This document shows, piece by piece, positions 47,552 through 58,800 of a stretch of DNA of 64,000 nt. The notes below the pieces were generated by a model. The model ran no database searches, was not told where the DNA came from, and saw only the letters and a program-made list of their open reading frames with translations. A program made the translations under genes and the position numbers. How positions within the stretch are numbered: position 1 is the stretch's first letter; each line of letters begins with the position of its first letter. The stretch lies in sequence record DRR723986_2456; one strand, given 5' to 3'.

Positions 47552-48355
47552 ATGAGTACCACAGCTGGCGCGAGCATTCTGTTTATTCCCCACGGCGGCG
47601 GCCCGCTGCCCCTGCTGGGCGACCCCGGCCATGCCCGGCTGTGCGCCTTTCTAACGCAAATGGGGCAAAGCCTGCCAAGGCCGCAAGCGATTGTACTGAT
47701 CAGCGCGCACTGGGAGGCCGAGCAAGCCCGGATTACCAGCGCCGCTCGCCCCGAGCTGATTTACGACTACAGCGGCTTTCCGCCGGAATCTTATCAACTG
47801 ATGTATCCCGCCTCAGGCCATGCGACGCTGGCTTGCGAGCTGCAGCGCGCCCTCAGCAACGAAGGGCTAATCGCTCATCTTGATGCAACGCGCGGCTTCG
47901 ACCACGGTATGTTTGTGCCGCTAACGCTGATGTACCCCAATGCCGATATTCCCGTTGTGCAGCTTTCGCTGTTGAGCAGCCTCGATGGCGCCGAGCATAT
48001 CGCCATGGGACGCGCCTTACGGGTATTGCGTGACCGCCGACTATTGGTGTTAGGCAGCGGCGCCACCTATCACAACCTGCAAGCCTATTTTGCCGGCACG
48101 ATGGACCGCGACGCCCACCACCAGTTTGAAAACTGGCTGGCGCAACAGTGCTGCGACGAAACGCTCTCCGACGATACCCGACAAACTGCACTTGCCCACT
48201 GGCAGCGCGCGCCGGGGGCACTGCACTGCCACCCTCGCGCAGAGCATTTAATGCCACTGCAGGTCTGCGCAGGCATGGCCCGAGGCCCCGCTCAACGGGT
48301 ATTTTTTGACGAGGTCATGGGCGAACTCAGCAGCGCATTTTTGTGGCAATACTAG
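47552..48355 (+). CDS. DODA-type class III extradiol dioxygenase (LigB/YgiD-like)
   Basis: FIPHGGGP, ISAHW, RGFDHG, IPVVQLS, GSG..YHNL, HPRAEHLMPL. Confidence 0.9.
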   Translation: MSTTAGASILFIPHGGGPLPLLGDPGHARLCAFLTQMGQSLPRPQAIVLISAHWEAEQARITSAARPELIYDYSGFPPESYQLMYPASGHATLACELQRALSNEGLIAHLDATRGFDHGMFVPLTLMYPNADIPVVQLSLLSSLDGAEHIAMGRALRVLRDRRLLVLGSGATYHNLQAYFAGTMDRDAHHQFENWLAQQCCDETLSDDTRQTALAHWQRAPGALHCHPRAEHLMPLQVCAGMARGPAQRVFFDEVMGELSSAFLWQY

Positions 48356-48513
48356 GGCTGGCTCACCCTCATCGCACTGCAGCTGCTAAGGGCAAATGGC
48401 GCCTGTCCTTTGGATCGTCACTAATGAACACTTGTTAATTTATTTTTATCCGCCAGCCGACTACACTGGGCCTCGCCATCGATCGCCACAACAATAAACA
48501 CAGGACCCCGGCT

Positions 48514-49776
48514 ATGCCAAAACTCAGCGACCCCCTTACGCTTCCCTGCGGCGCAACACTGCCCAACCGCTTGCTGAAATCTGCGATGACAGAGGGCCTC
48601 GCCGACGAGCACGATCACGCCACCCCGCGGCTCGCCAGACTTTACCAAGCATGGTCAGAGGGCGGCACAGGCACCCTGGTAACCGGTAACGTGATGGTCG
48701 ACCACCGTTTTTTAGAGCGCCCGGGCAACGTGGTAATCGACCACAACGGCGGCGAAGAGCAGCTGAAACACTGGGCAAAAGCCGGACAGGTCGCCGGTAA
48801 CCAGTTGTGGATGCAAATCAACCATCCGGGGCGACAGTGCCAAAAGGTCGTATCGCACCAGCCACTGGCCCCCTCGGATGTGGGCATTGACCTGGCCGGG
48901 ATGTTCGGCAAACCGCGCCCCATGACCGAAGACGACATCGAGCGTGCAATCAGTGGCTATGCACGCGTTGCCGGCATCGCCAAGGAAACCGGCTTTAGCG
49001 GCGTGCAGATTCACGCTGCCCACGGCTACTTGATCAGCCAATTTCTGTCGCCGCTGGCAAACCGCCGCCAGGATCAGTGGGGCGGTAGTCTGGAGAATCG
49101 CGCTCGCTTCCTGCTGGAGGTTATTCGCCGCTGTCGCGAGGCGGTCGGCCCCGAATTCCCGATAGCCCTGAAACTCAACTCCGCCGATTTTTCCAAGGGT
49201 GGCTTTAGTCACGACGAAAGCCTGCAAGTCGCGGCTTGGGTGTCGGAAGCCGGCATCGACTTGCTGGAGATTTCCGGAGGCACTTACGAAAAACTGGCAC
49301 TGATGGGCGACCAGGAAGAAGGCGCCGCCGCCAGCCAAGCGCGGGAGGCCTATTTTTTGGACTACGCCAAAGGCATTCGCGACGTCACCTCAATACCCCT
49401 GGCGGTTACCGGCGGCTTCCGCAGCTATAACGCCATGCAAGCCGCACTGGATAGTGGCGCGATGGACGTGGTGGGCATTGCGCGGCCTCTGTGCATGGAG
49501 CCCGATGTAAAACCCCTGTTGCGTGGCGAAAAACTCGGTTTTCGCGCCTGGGAAAAAGAGCTGCGCATCGGCCCCGGTTGGCTCGGCCCCAACAGCCCCA
49601 ACCGCACCCTTCGCACCCTGAATTTTGGTCTGGCGACCCAGTGGTACTACCAACAAATCATCAACCTCGCCGAGGGCAAACCGCCAGTCGAAGACACCGG
49701 CCTGCTGCGCCGCGCCGCCAAGCACATGATCGGCGAACGCAAATTGGCGAAGCGCCGAGTGGCGCGGAACAGCTAG
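48514..49776 (+). CDS. NADH:flavin oxidoreductase (old yellow enzyme family)
   Basis: NRLLKSAMTE, QIHAAHGYLISQFLSP, WGGSLENRAR, EISGGTYE. Confidence 0.92.
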   Translation: MPKLSDPLTLPCGATLPNRLLKSAMTEGLADEHDHATPRLARLYQAWSEGGTGTLVTGNVMVDHRFLERPGNVVIDHNGGEEQLKHWAKAGQVAGNQLWMQINHPGRQCQKVVSHQPLAPSDVGIDLAGMFGKPRPMTEDDIERAISGYARVAGIAKETGFSGVQIHAAHGYLISQFLSPLANRRQDQWGGSLENRARFLLEVIRRCREAVGPEFPIALKLNSADFSKGGFSHDESLQVAAWVSEAGIDLLEISGGTYEKLALMGDQEEGAAASQAREAYFLDYAKGIRDVTSIPLAVTGGFRSYNAMQAALDSGAMDVVGIARPLCMEPDVKPLLRGEKLGFRAWEKELRIGPGWLGPNSPNRTLRTLNFGLATQWYYQQIINLAEGKPPVEDTGLLRRAAKHMIGERKLAKRRVARNS

Positions 49777-49791
49777 GGCGAGTGCAGCCCT

Positions 49792-50826
49792 CTACTCAGG
49801 CTGCACTGCCGACTGCGCATAGGGTTTCAAGGGCGGTTCTTCGGTCACTAATGATAGGTCGGGGAAACCCTGACCGCCTTCGCTGGCAAACACATCGATA
49901 AAATCGGTAAGCAGGCTTGGCGATAGCGCCGGCTCGGGTAAAAATGGCAGTAAACCACATATCTCGCCGCCGGCCCGCTCTGGGCTGGCTGGCCCACCGT
50001 TGGCCAGCGCGTCGAGCACCAGCTCGTAGGTCGCACGGTCGGTCAAACCGATCGTCGCATGCTCGACGATGCGTCCCGGGCAAACATCTTGAATCAGAAT
50101 ATTGGCAACTCTGGGGTTGTCCTGCTGCCAATCCAACGCCGCCGTTGGCACTGGTGACACCGGCTGCACCAGCTCGTCAAACTGGGTGTAGATATTGGTG
50201 TAATCAATATCACCCGGCGTTTCATCGTCGCTATTCAGCGCCTGCATATAGTTCGACTCTTGCCCAAACTGAAAAAATACTGCCGGCATGGGCAGGCCAA
50301 GCGCTGTTAATTGCGCAAATTCCAGGCCGTGGTTAGGCGTCGCCAGAAGAATCATGTCCTCAATTTTGTCGCGCAGGCTCGGCCACCAACGCACTGCCCA
50401 GCGCGGCCCCATACCGCCCTGACTATGGCCAATAACAGAAACCTTGCGCCCGGAGTCGGCAATTTGATCAATCGCATTCACCACATATTCGGCGGCAATC
50501 TGCGCATCACTTAACCCGCGATTGGGGTAGGTCACAATACAAACATCGTAACCCTCGCCCAACAGCAGGGGCTCGTAATTCCACGTCCACTGCTCTTCGC
50601 CGTGGGTAAACGTGCCGTGCACCAGCAGCACAACAGGCCCGCTCTCGGTGAAGGGGTTACAGACCAGCCCCTCGTTGAGCACCGACATTTCTGTTTCAAA
50701 GGTCGGCTCAGAAAAACGCTCACCGGAGGAACCGGAGCCCGACGAGGAGCCTCCACAGGCGGTTAATACCGCGATAAATAACAACCCCAGTGTTGTGAGA
50801 CGTCCTTTTTTCACATGGTCAAACAT
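49792..50826 (-). CDS. lipoprotein lipase/esterase, CalB-like
   Basis: LTAC lipobox, LLVHGT, GHSQGG, FDELVQP, VEHAT. Confidence 0.85.
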   Translation of the reverse strand: MFDHVKKGRLTTLGLLFIAVLTACGGSSSGSGSSGERFSEPTFETEMSVLNEGLVCNPFTESGPVVLLVHGTFTHGEEQWTWNYEPLLLGEGYDVCIVTYPNRGLSDAQIAAEYVVNAIDQIADSGRKVSVIGHSQGGMGPRWAVRWWPSLRDKIEDMILLATPNHGLEFAQLTALGLPMPAVFFQFGQESNYMQALNSDDETPGDIDYTNIYTQFDELVQPVSPVPTAALDWQQDNPRVANILIQDVCPGRIVEHATIGLTDRATYELVLDALANGGPASPERAGGEICGLLPFLPEPALSPSLLTDFIDVFASEGGQGFPDLSLVTEEPPLKPYAQSAVQPE

Positions 50827-50932
50827 GGCTTGCCCTCGGTAGTTTTAGCGCTTGGCGCTGCGAGATCGCTCATTGTTTGGCAAGGCGCGCAGCTGATCAA
50901 TCGTCCGTTTTACATAATTATAGAGAGACGCC

Positions 50933-51832
50933 ATGAGCCTACCACGCAAGGATGTCGAATTTTTAAGCCAGGGCACTCGCTGCCGCGCATGGCATTACCC
51001 CACGGCCACACCACAAGCCTGCATTGTGATGGCGCACGGTTTGGGCGGTACACGGGATGCGGGCCTGGAGCCCTACGCCCAGCGGTTTGCCGACGCGGGC
51101 TTTGCAGTGCTGCTATTTGACTACCGCCACTTTGGCGCCTCTGACGGTGAACCCCGGCAATTGCTGTCTGTTTCCAAACAGCTGCAGGATTGGCGCGCCG
51201 CCATCAGTTTTGCTGAAACCCTGCCCAATGTTGACGCCAAGCGCATTGCGCTGTGGGGCAGCTCGTTCTCGGGTGGACATGTGATCAGTACGGCGGCCGC
51301 CGATAAGCGTGTGGCCGCGGTGGCTGCTCAGGGGCCGATGATGGACGGTCTGGCCTCGGTAGCGGCCATGCTCGGCTATGCAGGCGTCGGCCGGCTACTC
51401 AAACTCAGCGCCTACGGCGTGGCCGACCTGGCCAAATCCGCCCTTGGCGGCTCACCGGTGATGGTGCCCATTATCGCTAAGCCCGGTGGCTTTGCCGCCA
51501 TGAGCAGCCACGACGCCTGGAGTGGCTACCGCGCTATTCAACCCGACAACTGGCAAAATGCCATGGCTGGCCGCCTGGCCCTGGCGCTAGGCACCTATCG
51601 CCCCACACTCAAGGCAAAGCAAGTCCATTGCCCTGCGCTGATTCAAGCCTGTTTGCGCGACACCGTGGCACCGGCTTCGGCAGCGATCAAGCTGGCGCAT
51701 AAGCTCGGCGCGAAAGCCACGCTCAAACAATACGATATCGGCCATTTCGATATTTATGTTGGCGAGGCGTTTGAACAGGCGGTGAGCGATCAGATCGCCT
51801 TTTTCCAAAAGCACTTAAACGGCACTCAATAA
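50933..51832 (+). CDS. alpha/beta hydrolase
   Basis: MAHGLGG, FDYRHFGASDGEPRQ, WGSSFSGG, GHFDIY. Confidence 0.9.
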   Translation: MSLPRKDVEFLSQGTRCRAWHYPTATPQACIVMAHGLGGTRDAGLEPYAQRFADAGFAVLLFDYRHFGASDGEPRQLLSVSKQLQDWRAAISFAETLPNVDAKRIALWGSSFSGGHVISTAAADKRVAAVAAQGPMMDGLASVAAMLGYAGVGRLLKLSAYGVADLAKSALGGSPVMVPIIAKPGGFAAMSSHDAWSGYRAIQPDNWQNAMAGRLALALGTYRPTLKAKQVHCPALIQACLRDTVAPASAAIKLAHKLGAKATLKQYDIGHFDIYVGEAFEQAVSDQIAFFQKHLNGTQ

Positions 51833-51848
51833 CCAACCTGCACCGGCG

Positions 51849-53543
51849 TCAACGCGCTCTCGCTGCGATGCGCCGGTATTCTCGGTAACTCGGTGTCCAG
51901 AAGTTGCGCTCTATATCTGCGCGTAACTCTTCGTCACTGCGCTCGCGGGCCAGGCCCTGCGCCTGAGCCACTTTGGCAACGGCAAAGGCGATGGCACGAC
52001 TCAACTCAGCGAGCTCGGTTAGCGGCGGCAGCACCCTATTGCGTTTATCGTGATACTGGCTAGCGGCCTCGGCGAGGCAACGACTGGCGGCCATTAGCAT
52101 TTCGTCGCTGACGCGGCTGGCACGGCTGGCCACCACTCCCAGGCCAATGCCGGGGAAGATATAGCTGTTATTGCACTGCGAAATTTCGTAGCGCTGCTGC
52201 GCGTATTCCACCGCTGAGAACGGGCTGCCAGTGGCAACGATAGCCTGCCCATTCGTCCATTCAAGAATCTGCTGCGGCTGCGCTTCAACATGCTTTGATG
52301 GGTTACTTAATGGCAGGATGATGGGCCGCTCACAACGCTGGTGCAGACGGCGAATTGCCTCTTCGGTAAACAGACCGGGCTTGCCGGAAACCCCTATCAG
52401 TACGCCCACATCGATATTGCTAACAACATCCAGCAGGCTGGGATAGTCGCCATCATATTGCCACGCCGATACCGCCGAGTCGGGCTGAGCCAGCGCTGCC
52501 TGAAAATCCAACAGCCCGTCCATGCGCTGCATAAGTAAGCCAAAGCGGTCGATCATGTAGAGTTGGGCGCGAGCTTCGGCGTCGCTCAAGCCCTCTTCCA
52601 CCATTGCACGAATCAATTGCTCGGCAATGCCACAACCCGCCGACCCCGCACCGACGAACACGATATTCTGATCCCGCAGCCGTTCGCCCTTGCGCTTACA
52701 CGCGGAAAGTACCGTCCCCAGGGTGACGGCAGCGGTTCCCTGAATATCATCGTTAAAGCAACAAACACGCTCTTTATGCCGCTGTAAAATCGGCATGGCA
52801 TTGGGCTGAGCAAAATCTTCAAACTGAATCAGCACACCTGGCCAGCGCTGTTGCGCCGCGTCGATAAACTGGTCGACAAAGGCGTTGTACTCATCCTTTT
52901 CAATACGCGGGTGACGCATACCCATATACATGGGGTCGTCGAGCAATGTTTGATTATTCGTGCCCACATCCAACACAACCGGCAATGTGTAGGCGGGGCT
53001 AATTCCACCGCAGGCGGTATACAAAGATAGTTTGCCTATGGGAATGCCCATTCCCCCAATGCCCTGGTCGCCCAGACCCAACACGCGCTCACCGTCGGTG
53101 ACCACCAGCACTTTTACTCGGTCCTTACTGACACTGTGCAAAATGTCATCCAAGTAGTCACGGTCTTCATAGGAGACAAAGATGCCGCGGGCACTGCGAT
53201 AAATGTCGGAAAAATGCTCGCAAGCCTCGCCCACCGTCGGGGTGTAGATAATGGGCAACATCTCTTCAAGGTGATCATTCAGCAGGCGATAAAACAGGGT
53301 TTCATTGTTGTCTTGCACCGCCCGCAGGTAGATATGTTTATTGATCGGCTCATCGAAGCTGCAGTACTGCATATAGGCACGTTCGACTTGCTCGTCGATA
53401 TTTTCGTAGCGCGGCGGCAACAGCCCCATCAAGTTAAAGCTGCGACGCTCCTTTTCAGTAAATGCCGAGCCTTTATTTAGCAGCGGGGTTTCCAACAACA
53501 TGGGGCCTGCGTAAGAGATATACAGCGGTTTCTCAGAATTCAT
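51849..53543 (-). CDS. maeA: NAD-dependent malic enzyme
   Basis: [52 protein letters not shown]. Confidence 0.95.
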   Translation of the reverse strand: MNSEKPLYISYAGPMLLETPLLNKGSAFTEKERRSFNLMGLLPPRYENIDEQVERAYMQYCSFDEPINKHIYLRAVQDNNETLFYRLLNDHLEEMLPIIYTPTVGEACEHFSDIYRSARGIFVSYEDRDYLDDILHSVSKDRVKVLVVTDGERVLGLGDQGIGGMGIPIGKLSLYTACGGISPAYTLPVVLDVGTNNQTLLDDPMYMGMRHPRIEKDEYNAFVDQFIDAAQQRWPGVLIQFEDFAQPNAMPILQRHKERVCCFNDDIQGTAAVTLGTVLSACKRKGERLRDQNIVFVGAGSAGCGIAEQLIRAMVEEGLSDAEARAQLYMIDRFGLLMQRMDGLLDFQAALAQPDSAVSAWQYDGDYPSLLDVVSNIDVGVLIGVSGKPGLFTEEAIRRLHQRCERPIILPLSNPSKHVEAQPQQILEWTNGQAIVATGSPFSAVEYAQQRYEISQCNNSYIFPGIGLGVVASRASRVSDEMLMAASRCLAEAASQYHDKRNRVLPPLTELAELSRAIAFAVAKVAQAQGLARERSDEELRADIERNFWTPSYREYRRIAARAR

Positions 53544-53761
53544 AATGGACTCGTATCGGAGGGGTATAAACAGCTTCTCGGCGCGTCATTCTACACATGA
53601 ATAACGCCAATCACAAAATAAATACCACTAAAGTCTATGCGACGATTGCCAAGCTCGCACAGGGTAACACGCCCCATGCAAACTGCTATGCAAGCTGCGA
53701 CGCAAGCACAAAACCGGCAACGGAATAAAATAAATACTCTTTATTTTCAATGACTTAAACA

Positions 53762-53777
53762 GGGAACAAAACTTGCA
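53762..53777 (+). promoter_or_regulatory. possible sigma54 promoter
   Basis: GG-AAC-AAAAC-TTGCA with correct GG-N10-GC spacing; IHF-like TTTCAATGACTTA just upstream. Confidence 0.5.
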
Positions 53778-53835
53778 GCCTATTACCTCAGGAAATTCAC
53801 ACTGCGCAGTAGATATGCGCGCCGGAGCGTTTTGG

Positions 53836-54294
53836 ATGCGTAGCATTGCGAATCACCCCAGCCCGATTGAGTCGTCACGCATACTCATTATCGATGACTC
53901 TCCCGTAGAGCTGTTCCGAATGGAGGCCTTACTAAGGAGGCATCACTTTGAAGCCCTGTGTTGTAACGACCCCAGCAAAGCACTGCAAATTTTACTGACT
54001 GAGCATATCGACATTGTGCTTTGCGACTGGCAAATGCCCAAGATCACTGGATTAGCGCTCTGCCAAACCATTAGTCAGAGCCCTGCAATGGGCGCACCCT
54101 ACTTCATTATGCTAACGGGGCGGAAAGACCGGGCAGACATGATCGCAGCCATGGACGCGGGCGCCGACGACTTTATCTGCAAGCCTGCCGCCAGCGAAGA
54201 ACTTCGCGCTCGCATTCAGGCAGGCTTGAGACGCTTGGACAAGGAGCGTTCCATGATGATGCGCCAGCAACCGCTACTTCTCTGCGGCGAATAA
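53836..54294 (+). CDS. stand-alone response regulator receiver protein
   Basis: ILIIDD, CDWQMP, MLT, GADDFICKP; no output domain. Confidence 0.85.
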   Translation: MRSIANHPSPIESSRILIIDDSPVELFRMEALLRRHHFEALCCNDPSKALQILLTEHIDIVLCDWQMPKITGLALCQTISQSPAMGAPYFIMLTGRKDRADMIAAMDAGADDFICKPAASEELRARIQAGLRRLDKERSMMMRQQPLLLCGE

Positions 54295-55761
54295 ATACAC
54301 CATTAACGCCTCGCGCTGCGCTTCATTTAAATTTAACTGAGGCATCGGTGGTGTCGGCGTTATAAAAAAGCTCATCAAGCTCTGCGCAGAATAACGCTCC
54401 GCCAACCCTTGCAGGGGGCGCAATCCTTTACCCTCATGACACTCGGCGCAGGCATAGCGTTCATATAAGCTACCACCCATTGCCACAAGCCGCTCGCGAT
54501 CGCGCTGACTGTAGTCGCGCAGTGGATCGGTTTGGTCGTGCTCAGCACGGGTATTAACCGCTGCGCGACTGGCTTCACCGCGGTGCACACGATAGACCCG
54601 GCCACTGTAATCATCGGAGATAAATATCTCTCCGCTTGCCGCCTCCACAACATCCACTGGGCGACCCAGCAAGCTGTCGGCCTGCAGGAAGTTACTTAAA
54701 AAGTCGCGCTGGACAATACTGCCGTCTTGCTGCCAGTGAAGTGACACCACTTTGTAGCCATCTGGCTCACTGCGATTCCAGGAGCCGTGCAAGGCCACAA
54801 GGGCCGAGCGCGCGTAAGGCCCGTCCTGGTGCCGCAAAAAACGAATACCGAGGGGGGCATTATGCGCGGGGAAATTATGGGCAGGCGGTCTGTTTTGCGG
54901 CAAACCTTGCGGAATTTTCTCACCGAAGTCCGGGTCCAGCTGATCCGCATTGTAGTAGGGCCAACCATAGAAGCCGCCCTGCACCACCTCATTCAGCTCG
55001 CAGGGCGGGAAGTTGTCACCCAATAAATCGCGGCCATTATCAGTGGCAAAAAGCCGCTGATCCCAGGGCGTCCAGTCAAAGCCAACACTGTTGCGTAAAC
55101 CGCGCGCATAGATTTCCAGACCACTGCCATCCGCTTGCATGCGCATGATCGTCGCGCGTTGCGGGTCACTTTCTTCACACACATTACAGGTGGACCCGGA
55201 GCTGAGATACAGCCAGCCATCTGGGCCAAACGCTATGGTTTTTGTCCAATGGTTGCCGCCATCGCCAAATCCGCTCACCAACCGTTGGTAGTCACCTTGA
55301 ACGCGGCCATCACTGTCCAGCGCCACGCGACCAATTGCATTCGACTCGGCAACGTATAAGTGATTTTCTCGCAATGCCAGGCCATGCGGCCGCGTCAGCC
55401 CCGCCAGCACGACCTCTTGAGCGTCGGGCAAGCCATCACCATTGTGGTCTGCAGCAAGACGCAGCACTTCACCGGTGCGCGGGCGACTGACAAAAAGATC
55501 GCCACCTGAGGTGATGGCAAGAAAACGAATATTTCCCAGACCACTGGCATACACATCAACGCGATATCCCTCCGCGACTGTCAGATCAGTACCGCCATCC
55601 ATCGGCGCGGCATCGCTGTAGCCAACGGCCGCATGCAACAGCGCCCGAGAGGCCGTTGCCATACCCGGCGAGCCAAATTGAATCAAGACAAACGGGCTGG
55701 CGACAATCAGGATCAGGCAGAGTAACAGCGCAGAAAAAACAAAGACCAACGTGCGTTTCAA
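54274..55761 (-). CDS. PQQ-dependent sugar/sorbosone dehydrogenase family protein with C-terminal cytochrome c
   Basis: HWTKTIAFGPDG, GSTCNVC, GLRN, DNGRD, YGWPY, HGSWNR; CAECH heme motif. Confidence 0.9.
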   Translation of the reverse strand: MKRTLVFVFSALLLCLILIVASPFVLIQFGSPGMATASRALLHAAVGYSDAAPMDGGTDLTVAEGYRVDVYASGLGNIRFLAITSGGDLFVSRPRTGEVLRLAADHNGDGLPDAQEVVLAGLTRPHGLALRENHLYVAESNAIGRVALDSDGRVQGDYQRLVSGFGDGGNHWTKTIAFGPDGWLYLSSGSTCNVCEESDPQRATIMRMQADGSGLEIYARGLRNSVGFDWTPWDQRLFATDNGRDLLGDNFPPCELNEVVQGGFYGWPYYNADQLDPDFGEKIPQGLPQNRPPAHNFPAHNAPLGIRFLRHQDGPYARSALVALHGSWNRSEPDGYKVVSLHWQQDGSIVQRDFLSNFLQADSLLGRPVDVVEAASGEIFISDDYSGRVYRVHRGEASRAAVNTRAEHDQTDPLRDYSQRDRERLVAMGGSLYERYACAECHEGKGLRPLQGLAERYSAQSLMSFFITPTPPMPQLNLNEAQREALMVYLFAAEK

Positions 55762-55803
55762 AAGTGTATTTCCCCTTAGTGTTTATTTCGGCTCAACAGC
55801 GCC

Positions 55804-58800
55804 TTATGACGTCTCACCGGCTTCGCCAGTGGCGTGTGGCAGCGACGAATCGGGCAGTTGAGCCAACGACGCGTCAACCAGATCCTGAAGCTCTCGCAAC
55901 ACCACAGTGAACACCGACAAATCCTCGGCTGCCGCAATTCTGACACTGTCGATGATGGTATTGTAACGACTCAAGCGCGACTGATTGTCAGTTTGCCAGC
56001 TATCGAGTATGTCAGACAAACTCCGTTGCGCGTCACTCAATAGGCCAATGCTTAGCTGGCGCAACAATGACTCCAGGCTATCCACATAGGACTCCCGCGC
56101 CAGGTCCTGCCAACGCCCACCCGGCTGCCAGGAAATTAGCACCTGCAGCGCCCAATCCATTTGCAAGGTTTCTAGCAGAGCGAACTGCAACTTGCTGAAA
56201 CGCTCCGCCGGGCAATTAACTTCCAAGGCGGCATCCACGCAGCCTGGCAGCATAAAATAGGCATCAAATGCCGCAATCGTGGTCGCCAATTCTTCCGGCA
56301 CCCCGGCATCTATCCAGCGCGCGCTTCTGCTGCGGTATTCCTCTGCCCATACACCGCGCAGATTCTCCACCACGCACGGCATGAGCGCGGCGAAGCCCGG
56401 CTGCATTTTTTCAATCAATCGCGACGGCTGTATATGGTGGATATTTCGCAAAAACCAGCGCGTGCTGCGTCGCCCAAGACGCATAATCTGGTGAAACAAG
56501 GCGTACTGCACGGTGCTATCGACACCTTGATCCAACGCTTCTACGCGGCGCCACAGCCCTTCAATACCAAATAACTCGACGACGGTGACAAACGCACAGG
56601 CTGTCTCTACTGCTGTTGCCCCCAGGGAGATTTCCTGACGATGGCTGTAGCGAAAGCCCATGATGTTCACCAGCTCATTGGCCAACTGCGTGGCAATGAT
56701 TTCCCTGGCCAGACGGTGGTCGCGAATCTGTGAGGCATAGTCGCGACGAAGACGCTGAGGGAAGGCCCTGTATACACGCTCAAGCAACCAGGGGTCGTCG
56801 GTATCCGCCAGCGCCATCAACTGTTCCTTAAGCTCAACTTTGGCGTAGGAAACCAGCAGCGCTAATTCCGGTCGCGTCCAGCTTTTCCCCTCGCTGTGCA
56901 GCTCGTTAATACGCTCGTTATCAGGCAAAAACTCCAGCTCTCGATTCAGCGCCCCCGTCTCTTCCAGGTGCTCAACAAAGCGAAGGTAGTCGTGGTGGTG
57001 CTTATCGCGGCTATAGCTTGCCAGGCTGATTGCCAGGGTCTGACGGTAGTTGTTATGCAACACCAAGGACGCCACATCATCCGTCATATCGGCAAGCAGC
57101 TGATTGCGCTGCTTGGACGTTAAGTCCTCGGACTCGAGCTGTGCATTGAGCAGAATCTTTATATTTACTTCGTGGTCAGAACAATCCACACCAGCAGCGT
57201 TGTCGATAAAGTCGGTATTACAAATACCGCCATTGCGGCAAAACTCCAAACGCCCGAGCTGGGTAACGCCGAGATTTCCGCCCTCGCCAAATACCCGGCA
57301 ACGCAGCTCGCTGCCATTTATCCGCAAAGGGTCATTGGCGCGATCACCAACATCGGCATGACTTTCTTCCGCGGCTTTTACATAGGTGCCAATGCCACCG
57401 TTCCAAATCAGGTCTACCTTCGCCTGCAGCAGGCGGCGAATCAGTTGCGTGGGAGTGAGTGCGGCGTCATCACAGGCCAATAGCTGCTGCATTTCCGGCG
57501 ACAATGGCACCTGCTTGGCGCTGCGCGAGAAGACGCCACCGCCCGTCGAGATTAATTCGGTACTGTAGTCGGCCCAACTTGACCTGGGCCGCTCAAATAA
57601 GCGCTTGCGCTCCTGCCAGGAAGCTTCTGCATCGGGCGTTGGGTCAATAAAAATATGCAGGTGGTTGAAGGCAGCAACCACCTTCAGCGACTTGGACAAC
57701 AACATGCCGTTGCCAAATACATCCCCGCCCATGTCGCCGATACCGATCACCGTCACCGGATCGCGCTGCACATCAATACCGAGCTCACGGAAGTGCCGTT
57801 GCACCGCGACCCAAGCACCCCTGGCGGTAATTCCCATCGCTTTGTGGTCATAACCGTTACTGCCCCCGGAGGCAAAGGCATCGCCCAGCCAAAAGCCGCG
57901 ACTGAGGGCAATATCATTGGCAATATCGGAAAAACTCGCCGTGCCCTTATCCGCCGCAACCACCAAGTAGGGGTCGTCGTCATCGCGGCAAACGACAGAC
58001 TCGGGCGGCACCACACGATCACCCTCGCGGTTATCGGTAATATCCAACAGGCTGCCAATAAACAACTTGTAGCAGGCCACGCCCTCGGAAAACAGCTCCT
58101 CACGCGACTCAAGCTGCGCCGAGCGCCGGGCGACAAAGCCCCCTTTAGCACCGGTGGGAACTATGACGGCATTTTTCACCTGCTGCGCTTTTACCAGCCC
58201 CAGGATTTCGGTGCGGTAATCCTCCAGGCGGTCGGACCAGCGTATGCCGCCTCGCGCAACTTTACCGCCCCGCAGATGGACACCCTCCACTCGCGGCGAA
58301 AACACAAATATCTCGTACTCCGGGCGTGGTGCTGGCGCAAAACTAAGATCGCGGGTGCTGATCTTCAACGCAATACAATCGCGGTATTGCAGCGCGTCAT
58401 CCTGTTGAAAGAAGTTACACCGCAGCGTGGCGTCGATACACTCAAGGTATTGCCGCAGCACCTGATCCTCATTGAGGTTTTGCACTTCATCCAGCGCATG
58501 AAGAATGCCGTCTCGTAGCTTATTTTCCCGCTCTTCACTGCTTTTTTGCGCGCCGCGCCTCGGGTCAAACAGGCAGCGAAACAAGGCCATTAAATCCCGA
58601 GTAATATCGACATTACTGCTCAACACCGAAGCGATAAAGTCCAAGCTCAACAGTGAGCCGAGCTGCTTGATGTAGCGCGCATAGGCGCGAATCAGCGCCA
58701 CAGAACGCCAGTCCAATCTGGCGCCAATGACTAGACGATTGAAGCTGTCATTCTCGGCCTTGCCCTGCCAGATCGCGCGCAAAGCGTCTTCATAGCTGTC

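Noticed and set aside
57655-58518. 287-aa plus-strand ORF
   Set aside because: Antisense shadow within the conserved core of glutamate dehydrogenase
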